Made by a program: the position numbers and the translations under genes. DNA of 64,000 nucleotides from Candidatus Iainarchaeum sp. (GTDB lineage Archaea > Iainarchaeota > Iainarchaeia > Iainarchaeales > JAFCCW01), in NCBI GenBank assembly GCA_017609985.1, contig JAFCCW010000004.1, forward strand, positions 15,899 to 79,898, read 5' to 3'. Of this stretch, positions 18,481 through 27,947 are shown piece by piece (the stretch's first letter is position 1; each line of letters opens with the position of its first letter). The notes under the pieces were generated by a model. The model saw nothing but the letters and a program-made list of their open reading frames with translations, was not told the origin of the DNA and made no database searches.

Positions 18481-19461
18481 TCACTCTTTTTTATCTTCTT
18501 TCTTGTCTGTTTTCTTTTCTTCTTTTGCTTTTTCTTCGTTCACTATTTTATTTTCTTTCTTTGTTTCTTCTTTTTTCTCGTTCTTTTTTTCCTTTGCAGG
18601 CTCAGACTTCTCTTTTTTTACTTCTTCTTTTTTTGGCTCTTCTTCTTTCTCATTTTCCTTTTTCTTCTCTTTCTTTTCTTTGTTTTTATTGTCTTCTTTT
18701 CCTGCTTTTTTTTCCTTGTCTGTTTCTGGTTTCTCTTTTTCTTCTTTCTTTTCAGAACCAGTTTTTTCCTGCTTGACTTCCTTTTCCTTTTTTTCAACTT
18801 CTTTCCCGCTTGTTTCTTTTTCAACAGTCTTTGCTACTGTTTCTTCTTTTGGTTCCTCTTTAGACATTACATCTGCAATATTAACCTTGTCAGGAAACAC
18901 TACTTCTGGTCTGATAATCCTAAGTTTTATTCCAATAGCGCCTGCTTTTGGATAAGCTGATGCTTTTGCATAATCAACTAATTCAGTTTGAGCTCCAACT
19001 TTTTTCATATAACCGCTTGCGATTCTGTGTTTTCTTTTTCTTCCGCCTTTTCCAGCAAGCTTTCCTGAAAATACTAATTCTATTCCCTGTGCCCCTGCAC
19101 TCTGAATATCTCTGACTGATCTGAAAGCAACACTTCTCCAAGAGAAACCTCTCTCAATCAGGGAAGTCATTTTGTCAACCATTGCTTTTGCATTAAGCTC
19201 TGGATTCTCGATTTCTTTTATTTCCAACTGTGGGTTTTCAAATCCAAATTGTTCTCCTATTTCTTCAGTCAAGCGTCTGATATTCTTTCCGCCTTTTCCA
19301 ATTGCAAGGCCAGGGTGAGTAACATTAAGCACAATTCTTGTAACAAGCGGAGTTTTCACTATGTCAAGGTGAGTGAAGCCCGCTCCATCAAGCTCTTTCT
19401 TAAGGTATCTTTCAAGTTCAACCTTTTTGATTCCTTGTTTTATAAAAACTCTTTCAATCAC
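18481..19461 (-). CDS. rps3: 30S ribosomal protein uS3 with ~120-aa K/E-rich C-terminal extension
   Basis: KH domain LAIGKGGKNIRRLTEEI and S3-C domain SGKLAGKGGRKRKH. The tail contains EEPKEETVAKTVEKETSGKEVEKKEKEVKQEKTGSEKKEEKEKPETDK, shared with uS4. Confidence 0.9.
   Translation of the reverse strand: MIERVFIKQGIKKVELERYLKKELDGAGFTHLDIVKTPLVTRIVLNVTHPGLAIGKGGKNIRRLTEEIGEQFGFENPQLEIKEIENPELNAKAMVDKMTSLIERGFSWRSVAFRSVRDIQSAGAQGIELVFSGKLAGKGGRKRKHRIASGYMKKVGAQTELVDYAKASAYPKAGAIGIKLRIIRPEVVFPDKVNIADVMSKEEPKEETVAKTVEKETSGKEVEKKEKEVKQEKTGSEKKEEKEKPETDKEKKAGKEDNKNKEKKEKKKENEKEEEPKKEEVKKEKSEPAKEKKNEKKEETKKENKIVNEEKAKEEKKTDKKEDKKE
18703..18851. repeat. ~150-bp repeat copy B, encoding the KE-rich tail of uS3; near-identical to 6283..6432
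   Basis: By-eye alignment. The spurious antisense ORFs 6122..6709(+) and 18394..18960(+) share the identical segment FFFLVCFWFLFFFFLFRTSFFLLDFLFLFFNFF. Confidence 0.8.
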
Positions 19462-19469
19462 TTTACCAC

Positions 19470-19940
19470 CTATGCTGCCTCCATAACGACGATTTCGATA
19501 TGGGTACTTTTCTTTTTTCTTCTTTTTCCTGCGATTCTTCCTTTTGACTGATAAGAATTTCTTCTAAATCCCTCTGAAGCAAAAGCATGAATTATGAGAA
19601 GTTTTTCTGCATCAAGCCCCTTAAAGTCAGCATTTGCTTTTACACTTTCTAAAATGTCAAGAAAAGCCTTGCATGTGTTTTCAGGATATCTTCCTGACTT
19701 AACTCCACTCTTGCTATCTCCTTTTCTGTGACCAACTTTCTTGTTGTATTTTTTCAAAGGAATAAAATCCTTGTGTTCAATTACTCTCTTCAAATAATCT
19801 TCAATTTTTGAAACTGGTTTTCCCTTTATTTCTCTGCAAATTTCAGTAGCGTACTTGGTTGAAACAGGCTTGTTCTTTCCGATCGCTCGAGCAGTCTTCT
19901 CATGAGATTCCTGCATTGCCTGATAATTTTTCTTTACCAT
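19470..19940 (-). CDS. rpl22: 50S ribosomal protein uL22
   Basis: KYATEICREIKGKPVSKIEDYL...RYPENTCKAFLDIL. Confidence 0.85.
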   Translation of the reverse strand: MVKKNYQAMQESHEKTARAIGKNKPVSTKYATEICREIKGKPVSKIEDYLKRVIEHKDFIPLKKYNKKVGHRKGDSKSGVKSGRYPENTCKAFLDILESVKANADFKGLDAEKLLIIHAFASEGFRRNSYQSKGRIAGKRRKKKSTHIEIVVMEAA

Positions 19941-19949
19941 AAAATCACG

Positions 19950-20363
19950 CTATCCTCTTGCTGTTGCAATTGCTGTTGAAGATCTTGTAGCTCCAATTCC
20001 TGCTTTTCCATGTGAAAGCTTTTTTCTTGTGAGTGCAAACTCTCCAAGATAGTGCCCGAGCATTTCCGGCATTACTTCAACATTAACAAACTCATTTCCT
20101 TTATGAACTGCAAATTTTGCTCCAATCATTGCAGGAATCACAATAATATCTCTCCTGTGTGTTCTGATTACTTTTGGTTCAGTTTCCGGGCCAGATACTT
20201 TCTTTGCATTTTCAAGCTTTTGCATAATTTTCTTATTAACTCCTCGCTTAAGTGTTCTTCTTGCTCTTGAGTCAACAAGCTCTGCAAACTGTTCGATAGT
20301 CATGCTCTGCAATTCTTCCAAAGTTTTTCCCTTGAATGTAAATATTTTCTTTGCCATAGTCAA
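19950..20363 (-). CDS. rps19: 30S ribosomal protein uS19
   Basis: IRTHRRDIIVIPAMIGAKFAVHKGNEFVNVEV...GHYLGEFALTRK. Confidence 0.9.
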   Translation of the reverse strand: MTMAKKIFTFKGKTLEELQSMTIEQFAELVDSRARRTLKRGVNKKIMQKLENAKKVSGPETEPKVIRTHRRDIIVIPAMIGAKFAVHKGNEFVNVEVMPEMLGHYLGEFALTRKKLSHGKAGIGATRSSTAIATARG

Positions 20364-20369
20364 TCACCG

Positions 20370-21077
20370 CTATTTTTTCTTTCGCCCAGTTCTTTTTGAC
20401 GCTATTGCTCCAACCTTTCTTCCCGGAGATGCATGTCTTGAAGTGCTTTTACTCTTTCCAGCATGATGTTGTTCTCCACCAAATGGATGGTCTGAAGCGT
20501 TCATTGCAACACCTCTGACTCTGGGCCATTTTCTGCTTTTTGCCTTCATAAACTTAAATTTTGCTCCAGCTTTAACCATTGGCTTTTCTTTTCTTCCGCC
20601 CCCGGAGCAACAACCAATGCTTGCTCTTGAAACAAGAGGAATATTTTTGATGTTACCGCTTGGCAACTTAATTCTGGCATAAGTCTTCTCTTTTGAAACA
20701 AGGATAGCATACATTCCGCTTCCCCTAACAAGCTTTCCACCGTCTCCGTTCACAAGCTCTATATTAAACACAGGACATCCTTCTGGAATTCCTGACAAAG
20801 GCAGAGTATTTCCAATGCTTATTTCAGAATCTAGCCCCATTGAAACTTTTTGTCCCACGGAAAGTCCTTCTGCTGCAATAACTGTTTCTTTGTTTCCATT
20901 GTTAAATTCTATATTCGCCATAACTGTGCTTCCACCATTATCTTTTTCAAGATTCATAACTTCTCCTGCCACAGTTTTGTCTGCATCAGAAGAACAGTAT
21001 TTAGAGCAGATTCCTTTCTTTTTTGCTCTGAACACAGATGTTCCGCGCCCTCTTCTCTGTAGCATCAGTTTAGCCAT
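20370..21077 (-). CDS. rpl2: 50S ribosomal protein uL2
   Basis: GGSTVMANIEFNNGNKE...VAMNASDHPFGGEQHHAGKSK. Confidence 0.95.
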   Translation of the reverse strand: MAKLMLQRRGRGTSVFRAKKKGICSKYCSSDADKTVAGEVMNLEKDNGGSTVMANIEFNNGNKETVIAAEGLSVGQKVSMGLDSEISIGNTLPLSGIPEGCPVFNIELVNGDGGKLVRGSGMYAILVSKEKTYARIKLPSGNIKNIPLVSRASIGCCSGGGRKEKPMVKAGAKFKFMKAKSRKWPRVRGVAMNASDHPFGGEQHHAGKSKSTSRHASPGRKVGAIASKRTGRKKK

Positions 21078-21087
21078 ATTAATTCAC

Positions 21088-21354
21088 CTAAATAACTCCA
21101 AGCTTGGTTGCAAGTTCCTCTGCTTTAAATTCCTTGCCAAGCTTTACAATTGCTTTTTTTCTTCCCTTTGTATCGTTAATAACCTTTATTCCTTCAACCT
21201 TAACTTTGTGAACTGTTTCAACAGCATTTTTTATCTCTGGCTTTGTTGCTAACTTATTGACAACAAATGAAATCTTGTTTTCTCGCTCAATCATTCCGAC
21301 TGCTTTTTCAGTAATAAGCGGGAACAAAATTATTTCATCAATCCTTAAAGTCAT
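21088..21354 (-). CDS. rpl23: 50S ribosomal protein uL23
   Basis: ILFPLITEKAVGMIERENKISFVV. Confidence 0.85.
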   Translation of the reverse strand: MTLRIDEIILFPLITEKAVGMIERENKISFVVNKLATKPEIKNAVETVHKVKVEGIKVINDTKGRKKAIVKLGKEFKAEELATKLGVI

Positions 21355-22163
21355 GCAACCACTCTCTTTTCAGCCTTAAGACCTTCGATTGCGGTTTCTG
21401 TCCAGACAGTCAATCTTCCTGGCATGCAACCAGGAGCAAGCTTCTCTGCACTAATGCTTGAAACAGTTGAAATATCCACTCCTTCAAGATTTCTTGCTGC
21501 TTTGTAAATTTCTGCCTTATCCCCAGTAACAATCAAAATACTCTTTTTTCTCTTATGAACTCTTCCCCTCTTCTTTCCCTTGCCAGCTCTTCTCTTTTTC
21601 TTGCTTTTTGCGCTTTCAATATCTTCATAAATTCCAATCTTGCTAAGCACATCAACAATCTGTTTTGTTTTTGCAAATTTTTCAAAATCACTTTCAATAA
21701 TAACTGGAAGCACTATGTTTCCAAGAATATGTCTTTTTGAAACAAGGTCTTTGTTTGCAGTTGCAGCAATTGCTGAAGCAATAGCCTTTGCTTTTTCCTT
21801 TTTGTTAACTTTTTCTTTTATAACCTGCTCGACTTTCGGAGCGTGTGCTTTTGGCCCTCCAACAGCCTGTGAAACAGCTGCAACTCTTCCTGAAAGAAGA
21901 CCGCGTCTGTTCTTCATTCTTGGAAGTCTTGCTTTTCCAACATTAATTGTTCTTGCATGCTGTGGCAGGCTTCTTGAACCGCGGTATTCAGCAGTATTGT
22001 CTCTTCCAGCCTTTGGTTTAACTCCTTTTGGCTGTTTTCTTGCAGATTGTCCTGCAAGCACTGCTCTCTTAATCAATCCGGGCTCGTAAGCCGAACTAAA
22101 AACTTTTGGCAAGTCAATAGACTTAAGTTTTTTTCCTTCAACTGAAAAAACATCTGCTTTCAT
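21351..22163 (-). CDS. rpl4: 50S ribosomal protein uL4
   Basis: Operon position between uL3 and uL23, and the KKRRAGKGKKRG basic loop. Confidence 0.85.
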   Translation of the reverse strand: MKADVFSVEGKKLKSIDLPKVFSSAYEPGLIKRAVLAGQSARKQPKGVKPKAGRDNTAEYRGSRSLPQHARTINVGKARLPRMKNRRGLLSGRVAAVSQAVGGPKAHAPKVEQVIKEKVNKKEKAKAIASAIAATANKDLVSKRHILGNIVLPVIIESDFEKFAKTKQIVDVLSKIGIYEDIESAKSKKKRRAGKGKKRGRVHKRKKSILIVTGDKAEIYKAARNLEGVDISTVSSISAEKLAPGCMPGRLTVWTETAIEGLKAEKRVVA

Positions 22164-22180
22164 AACACATCACATTTAAT

Positions 22181-23227
22181 CTAATTAACAATCTTTTCGA
22201 TTTCCTCTAGTTTAATTTTTTCAGTAATTCCTTTTCTCATGTTTGTTCTAAGCGCAATTAATCTTTTTCTTGGACCCGGCACTGAACCTGCAAGCAGTAC
22301 AAAAGAGTTTTTGACAACCCCATAATTTGTAAAACCAGCTTTTGGATTTATTTCGTTTACATCACTCCCAAGCTTTAAAATCTTCTTGTTGTATTCTGTT
22401 CTGCACTGGTATCCGAGCTGGCCTGGTCTTGCAACAGTCCACATTACAGTAGCTGGATGCCATGGTCCAATACTTCCCATAACTCTCTTGTGCTTTGCTT
22501 TGGGTCTGTGAATCTTGACACCAGCTCTTTTAACAACTCCCTGAAAACCTTTTCCTTTTGTAACAGCTTTTACGTCAACAAATTGTTTTTCCTTGAAAAC
22601 TTCTTCTATTGAAAGCTCTTTTCCAAGTTTTTCTTTTGCGTAAGCAAGCTGTTCTTCACTGTTTCCAGACAGCATTATTTCAACAATTTCTGGCTTCTTT
22701 TTTCCAGTTCCAGTAATTGCCGGCTGAGAATGTGCAAGAAGTCTTATTCCAACAATTCGCTCCAAATCCTTTTCTAAATCAGAAACAGTTGTCTTCTTTG
22801 CACTTTCTTTCTCCTCTTCTTTCTTTTCTTCTTTTGCCCCACTTCCTTTGCCTTTCTTTTGTTTCTTTTCCCGGAATGCTTTAATTTTTCTCAAAAGATG
22901 CTTGTCTGCTTTCTCAGCTAAGACATCTCCCAAAACCTTTAATCCATAAGCGTCTTTTTTGTAAGCCCTGATTCCAAAAATTTTTATTGGGGGAGTCTCA
23001 ATAACTGTTGCTGCCTGTGAAGTGCTCATTCCATAGCTTGGGCTTTTCTCATGCATATTCTTTCCAATCACGTGAGACATTCCTGCTTTGTAACCAACAA
23101 AGTTAAGTGGAACACAAGTTTCTTGCTCAGCCAGCCCTGCATTGCTGAAGCTTGGTGTTTCTTTCTTTGCTCTTTTCTTTGGATAGAAAGCAAGACTTCC
23201 AGACCTTGGCTTGTGTTTTTGACCCAT
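22181..23227 (-). CDS. rpl3: 50S ribosomal protein uL3 (with internal KE-rich insertion)
   Basis: GYKAGMSHVIG...VTKGKGFQGVVKRAGV...WHPATVMWTVARPGQLGYQ. Confidence 0.9.
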   Translation of the reverse strand: MGQKHKPRSGSLAFYPKKRAKKETPSFSNAGLAEQETCVPLNFVGYKAGMSHVIGKNMHEKSPSYGMSTSQAATVIETPPIKIFGIRAYKKDAYGLKVLGDVLAEKADKHLLRKIKAFREKKQKKGKGSGAKEEKKEEEKESAKKTTVSDLEKDLERIVGIRLLAHSQPAITGTGKKKPEIVEIMLSGNSEEQLAYAKEKLGKELSIEEVFKEKQFVDVKAVTKGKGFQGVVKRAGVKIHRPKAKHKRVMGSIGPWHPATVMWTVARPGQLGYQCRTEYNKKILKLGSDVNEINPKAGFTNYGVVKNSFVLLAGSVPGPRKRLIALRTNMRKGITEKIKLEEIEKIVN

Positions 23228-23414
23228 TCTTACACCATCTTATTCAAAAAAAGCACAGTCTTGTCTCTCCCAAGTTTCAGATGAATTTCCCTTCAATTGA
23301 GGGCAGCCAAACAAACAGTTGGCATTTATATCCGACCCGGTTTGGGCAAGACACAGTGTGCTCTATTATTCTATATTCTATATTTTCTATACAGTAAGCT
23401 TTAAAAATGCAACT

Positions 23415-25496
23415 TTATTCAATCCATTCTTCTTTTCCTTCTGCTTCAGCCCAGGGCTCTTCTGGCTGTTCTCTTCCAATTACTATGAAGACAGCAATAA
23501 TTAAAATCGCGATTACTACAAGCGCAATCCAGAAGCTTTCAACAAATGAAAACAAAGCTGCTCCAAGATTAAAACCTGTTTCTTGTTCAGTTGCGTCTCC
23601 TTCTTCAGCAGGTGTTTCTTCAACAATCTCTTCTTCTGAGTTGTCAGCCTGCTTTTTTACAACCTGAACAGTGTGTTCTCCTGCGCTTGTTCCTTCAAGG
23701 TCAACAGAAAACTTTATTTCTCCTGTTCCATTTGTTTCAATATTTGCATAAAAAATTTCTTCCATTTTGTTAGGAACTGAAATAACTCTTGGCTGAACTT
23801 TTGCATTGACTGCACTCAAAGCAATATTTGCTCTTTTTCCTGAAAAATTGCTGACTCTGAAAACAAGTATGCCCTTGCCATTCTCAAGCTCTTTAAAGGA
23901 GGCTGTGCTCAGATTAAATCCTGAAATATCTGCTTCCTGTTCGTTTTCCCTGCTTGCTTGATTTCTTGTTGAATTCTTTTCAGAGGGCAAAACAAGAACA
24001 CTAAATCTCTTTGAAAGATGGTTTTCATAGCAGTTTTTTCCTGAAGCAAAATGCCCTCTCACTTTCAAAAACCCGGTTGGGTCAACTGCTTTGCCAATTG
24101 ATGAAACTTTAACAATTATTTCTCCCTTGCTGCCTGGTTCAATCACACGCTCTCTAGAGTGCTCTTCAGTTATTATGTCGTCACTCAAGTCATAGGCATA
24201 AACCCAGTCAACATAGAATACTTCGCTTGAATGATTCCAAAGGAAAAAAGAAGCATAAACACTTTCATCTTCGTAAAGTGAAACATTATTTCCTGAAATA
24301 GAGAGCGCTGAGCAGCTTGAATCATTTGAAGCAAAATATGCATAATCTTTGCTTTCTTGCTCTGTTCCATTCATTGTTGTTGTTTCATTTTCTGTGTTTC
24401 CTGCGCTGTTTTCAAGAGTCAACGGAGTAAATGAATTAGTTTTAACAATATGTGCTGTTTCTTCAAATTCAAAAGAATCCTCAATTGTTATGTAGAAAGG
24501 TCTGTTTGTTTTCCTGCATTCTATTCCGCTTTCAAAGTGGCCTTCAAGGCTTGCGTATCCTGTACCTCTCTCTTGCCCGATAATTTCTCCAGAGTAAACC
24601 TTAACCTTAATTTTTGCTGTCCCGTATGGCTCAATGTAACTTGGTTGGTGCACAGCTTCTGCTTCGAACCTGTCGTTGTAATCTCTTACTTCAAGTCCGT
24701 CAATATAAAATGCTTTTCCTGAAGTATTGTAAACAGTAAAATTCTTTTCCTGTGCACTGTTTTCTTCCAGCTCAAAATCTGCTGTGCTGAATCTTATTTC
24801 TGAACAGTCTGCTTTCGGCTCCTGAAATTGCTCAATATAACTCTGGTTTGTATTAAACTGGTTTTGCTCTTTTCCTGTTTCTTTGTATTCTGGTTCTGTC
24901 TCTTCTGCTTTTTTCCAGTTAGTGACCTGTACATAAGCATTCTCGCTGTCATATGAATTTTTTCCAGCAATGCTTGTCTTGATGCTTATTTTGTATTCTT
25001 CAAATTCTCCTGCTGTGAAAGCATTCCTGAATTCAAAAAATTTTGTTGAAAAACCATGCTTTGTCCAGCTCTGGAAATAAGATCCAGTGCTTGCATAGCC
25101 ATATCCACACCATGGCTCAAAATAGCCCATTATTGTGCTATATGTGCTTCCGCTGTCCATGTAATTGTAAGTATCATAACCATATCCCTTTGGATAAACA
25201 TAATCATATTCTGCTGGCAGAGTCTTTACTTGCTTCCAGACTCCGTCTTCGTTGCCATAAACAGTTGCTTCTGCCTTGACTTCGTAATATGGCTCATAGC
25301 CCTTGTCAAGGAAAATACTTGCATGAATATCTATTCTGTCGCCTGTGCTTGCTTTTGCGTGGTGCAGCCACTCGCCCCCGTCAGCTCTTGCTTCAGCAAA
25401 ATTTATTTTTACATGTGCTGTGTTGCTGCTGGCTACTGCAAAAGAACACAAAAAAGCCAGAGCGATGAATGCGTAGAATAGCTTTGAAAAAGTCAT
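23415..25496 (-). CDS. large exported surface (S-layer-like) protein with C-terminal TM anchor, 693 aa
   Basis: N-terminal signal peptide (AFIALAFLCSFAVASS) and a C-terminal hydrophobic helix (WIALVVIAILIIAVFIVI) followed by an acidic tail. There are more than 15 N-x-S/T sequons, and composition is Tyr/Asn/Ser-rich. Confidence 0.6.
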   Translation of the reverse strand: MTFSKLFYAFIALAFLCSFAVASSNTAHVKINFAEARADGGEWLHHAKASTGDRIDIHASIFLDKGYEPYYEVKAEATVYGNEDGVWKQVKTLPAEYDYVYPKGYGYDTYNYMDSGSTYSTIMGYFEPWCGYGYASTGSYFQSWTKHGFSTKFFEFRNAFTAGEFEEYKISIKTSIAGKNSYDSENAYVQVTNWKKAEETEPEYKETGKEQNQFNTNQSYIEQFQEPKADCSEIRFSTADFELEENSAQEKNFTVYNTSGKAFYIDGLEVRDYNDRFEAEAVHQPSYIEPYGTAKIKVKVYSGEIIGQERGTGYASLEGHFESGIECRKTNRPFYITIEDSFEFEETAHIVKTNSFTPLTLENSAGNTENETTTMNGTEQESKDYAYFASNDSSCSALSISGNNVSLYEDESVYASFFLWNHSSEVFYVDWVYAYDLSDDIITEEHSRERVIEPGSKGEIIVKVSSIGKAVDPTGFLKVRGHFASGKNCYENHLSKRFSVLVLPSEKNSTRNQASRENEQEADISGFNLSTASFKELENGKGILVFRVSNFSGKRANIALSAVNAKVQPRVISVPNKMEEIFYANIETNGTGEIKFSVDLEGTSAGEHTVQVVKKQADNSEEEIVEETPAEEGDATEQETGFNLGAALFSFVESFWIALVVIAILIIAVFIVIGREQPEEPWAEAEGKEEWIE

Positions 25497-25531
25497 GTAT
25501 ATATTTGCTGTTGAACCAGTATTTAAATGTT

Positions 25532-25559
25532 CCTAATTAACGGGAATTGGTTAATTAGG
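25532..25559. promoter_or_regulatory. perfect 10-bp inverted repeat CCTAATTAAC-N8-GTTAATTAGG, just upstream of a TATA-like box of the surface-protein gene
   Basis: Read directly from the sequence. It lies 36-64 nt upstream of the ATG at 25496, and TTTAAAT sits between it and the ATG. Confidence 0.35.
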
Positions 25560-25562
25560 TTA

Positions 25563-27026
25563 TTATCCCTTTATGCAAACAACAGGTTTCAATCCAACAA
25601 CTTTTTCCGTAATTCCTGCCTTGTGCATTACTTCAACAACATCAACAACATCTTTGTATGCGTCCGGGGCCTCTTCTGCAATCCCTTTGATTGAACGTGC
25701 TTTGATTATTATTCCTTTTTCTTTGAGTTTTCTGACTACTTCCTCTCCCTTCCATTTCTTTGTTGCTGCTGTTCTTGACATGCTTCTTCCCGCTCCGTGG
25801 ATAGTGCTTCCAAAAGTCTCATCCATTCCTTTTTCTGTGCCCTTAAGAAGATATGAAGACGTGCCCATCGTGCCCCCAACAATCACTGGCTGGCCTATAC
25901 TCCTGTATTTCTCTGGAACTTCCTCTCTTCCAGGTCCGAATCCTCTTGTGCTCCCCTTTCTCTGCACTAAAACATTCTTTCCTTTACCTAAAATCTTATG
26001 TTTCTCTATTTTTGCGGTATTATGTCCTATATCATAAACCTGCTTGATTTCCTTTTCTCCAACTCCAAAAACCTCGGCAAACGCTTGTCTTGCAAGATGT
26101 GCAATAACCTGGCGGTTAGCAAAAGCAGTATTTATTCCTGCTTTTACTGCTGAAAAAAATTCCTGTCCTTCTTCGCTTTCAATCGGAGCACAAACAAGTT
26201 CTCTTTCAGCAATCTCTATTCCATACTTTTTTCTTGCGCTATCTAGTTTTCCAAGATAGTCTGTTCCAATCTGGTGACCGAGAGCACGGGAACCACAGTG
26301 AATGCTTATCAAAGTCTGTTCTTTCTCCAACCCATAGGTTTTTGCTGCTTCTTCATCAAAAATTTCTTCAACAAACTGAACTTCAGCATAGTGATTTCCA
26401 CTTCCAAGAGTACCAATCTGCTTGAAAGCACGTTTTTTTGCCTTTTGAGACACGTGCTCTGGCCCAGCCCCCTTTATTTTTCCGCCTTCCTCTGTAAACT
26501 GCAAATCCTCTTTTAATCCATATCCTTGTTTTACTACATACTCTGCTCCATTCACAATTACTTCATCAAGCTCTGCTTCATTCAATCTAAGCTTTCCAGT
26601 GCTTCCAAGTCCTGCTGGGATGTGTTTGAACAATGCATCTGCAAGTTCTTCTTTTTTCTTTTTCACTTCCTGCTTCGTAAACGGAGTTGCAAGAGTTCTT
26701 ACTCCACAATTAATGTCAAAGCCAACTGCTCCGAAGGTAATTACTCCTTCTTGCAGGTCTGAAGCAATCACTCCTCCTATTGGGGCTCCGTAGCCTGGAT
26801 GCACATCGGCAAGAGCAAGAGAATATTTTTCCACTCCTGGAAGCATTGCAACATTCTTTATCTGTCTTAACGCACTCCAAGCCTCTGGTCTTGACTCTTC
26901 TTCCACGAGCTGTTCCATTATTTGCTTGTTTCCATAGAACCTGCCTGGAACAGTCATCTTTCCTTGTTTGGGAATTTCCCAGACAAACTCTTCGATTTGC
27001 TTTAATTCAGTCATTTTATCACTCAA
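25563..27026 (-). CDS. rtcB: tRNA-splicing ligase RtcB
   Basis: Conserved RtcB blocks: DVHPGYGAPIGGV, FDINCGVR, GSGNHYAEVQ, HNTA, GTMGTSSYLL, HGAGR. Confidence 0.9.
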   Translation of the reverse strand: MSDKMTELKQIEEFVWEIPKQGKMTVPGRFYGNKQIMEQLVEEESRPEAWSALRQIKNVAMLPGVEKYSLALADVHPGYGAPIGGVIASDLQEGVITFGAVGFDINCGVRTLATPFTKQEVKKKKEELADALFKHIPAGLGSTGKLRLNEAELDEVIVNGAEYVVKQGYGLKEDLQFTEEGGKIKGAGPEHVSQKAKKRAFKQIGTLGSGNHYAEVQFVEEIFDEEAAKTYGLEKEQTLISIHCGSRALGHQIGTDYLGKLDSARKKYGIEIAERELVCAPIESEEGQEFFSAVKAGINTAFANRQVIAHLARQAFAEVFGVGEKEIKQVYDIGHNTAKIEKHKILGKGKNVLVQRKGSTRGFGPGREEVPEKYRSIGQPVIVGGTMGTSSYLLKGTEKGMDETFGSTIHGAGRSMSRTAATKKWKGEEVVRKLKEKGIIIKARSIKGIAEEAPDAYKDVVDVVEVMHKAGITEKVVGLKPVVCIKG

Positions 27027-27067
27027 AAAAATAGTCTAACAAAAACCTTAATAGTATACATCAAATA

Positions 27068-27487
27068 CTAGACATCCACAATACACTGTGCTTTCCAGAT
27101 AATATCTTCTCTCTCCACTCTCAACCCCGAGTAGGTTGCTGCTTTTACTTCAGTTTTGACTTCCTGCGCATCATTCATTTTTTCACCAAAAACTTTTCCG
27201 TTTAACTCATATCCTTTTCTTTTCTTTTTTATTTCCTTAATCTCAAAACCAGAGAAAAACATGCTGTGCACATCCTTTAAGTAAAGCAGTTCATTAAGCC
27301 ATTCAACAAGCAGTTGTTCTAAATCATAGCTTGTAACTATAACTTCTTTTTCTTCTTTCTTCTCAATCTGCTCCAAATCAATCATTATTGAAAACATTGC
27401 TTTTGCACACTCAGAAAAAGCTTCTTCTCTACTTTTTCCAACACCCCTAATTCCCATATCTGCCTTGTGCTCAAAAGTCTCAAACAT
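27068..27487 (-). CDS. archease (RtcB activator)
   Basis: MFETFEHKADMGIRGVGKS...YSGLRV archease family signature. Adjacent to rtcB. Confidence 0.85.
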   Translation of the reverse strand: MFETFEHKADMGIRGVGKSREEAFSECAKAMFSIMIDLEQIEKKEEKEVIVTSYDLEQLLVEWLNELLYLKDVHSMFFSGFEIKEIKKKRKGYELNGKVFGEKMNDAQEVKTEVKAATYSGLRVEREDIIWKAQCIVDV

Positions 27488-27497
27488 TTTTTACTCT

Positions 27498-27947
27498 TCA
27501 CTCCAAATCCATTATCTTGTCAACGCGCCTTTTGTGCCTTTCCCCATCTGGCTTGTTTCCATCAAACTCTGCGTCAAAAAATGCAGCAAGACAGGTTTTA
27601 GCAGTCTCAAGCTCAAGAACCCGGGCTCCGACACAAACAAGGTTTGCGTTGTTATGTTCTTTTGCAGCTCTGCCAGTAAATTCGTTATGTATAACTGCCG
27701 CTCTGATTCCCTTAATTTTTCCGGAAGCCATGCTCATTCCAATTCCTGTTCCACACACAAGCACTCCATAGTCTGCTTTTCCACCTGCTACTGTTCTTGC
27801 AACTTTTTCTGCATAATCAGGATAGTCTACGCTTTCTTCATTGTCTGGCCCAGCATCTTCTACTTCATAGCCTCTTTCTTTCAAGAATTCTTTCAAACCT
27901 TTTTTGTATTCTACTCCTGCATGATCGCTTCCAATAACAACTTTCAT
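27498..27947 (-). CDS. rpiB: ribose-5-phosphate isomerase B (RpiB/LacAB family)
   Basis: MKVVIGSDHAGVEYK...GVLVCGTGIGMSMASGKIKGIRAA...NNANLVCVGARV. I chose the internal Met at 27947. Confidence 0.85.
   Translation of the reverse strand: MKVVIGSDHAGVEYKKGLKEFLKERGYEVEDAGPDNEESVDYPDYAEKVARTVAGGKADYGVLVCGTGIGMSMASGKIKGIRAAVIHNEFTGRAAKEHNNANLVCVGARVLELETAKTCLAAFFDAEFDGNKPDGERHKRRVDKIMDLE

Noticed and set aside
18618-18824. Minus-strand K/R-rich 68-aa ORF inside the uS3 tail region
   Set aside because: Alternative frame of the same KE-rich repeat; a compositional artefact.
23228-23414. Possible structured leader or sRNA upstream of rpl3 (short hairpins GCCAA..TTGGC, CCCT..AGGG, TATAAAT box about 100 nt from the ATG)
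   Set aside because: Stems are only 4-5 bp and AT-rich. I could not support a defined RNA structure by eye, so it is mentioned only as a long 5' leader.
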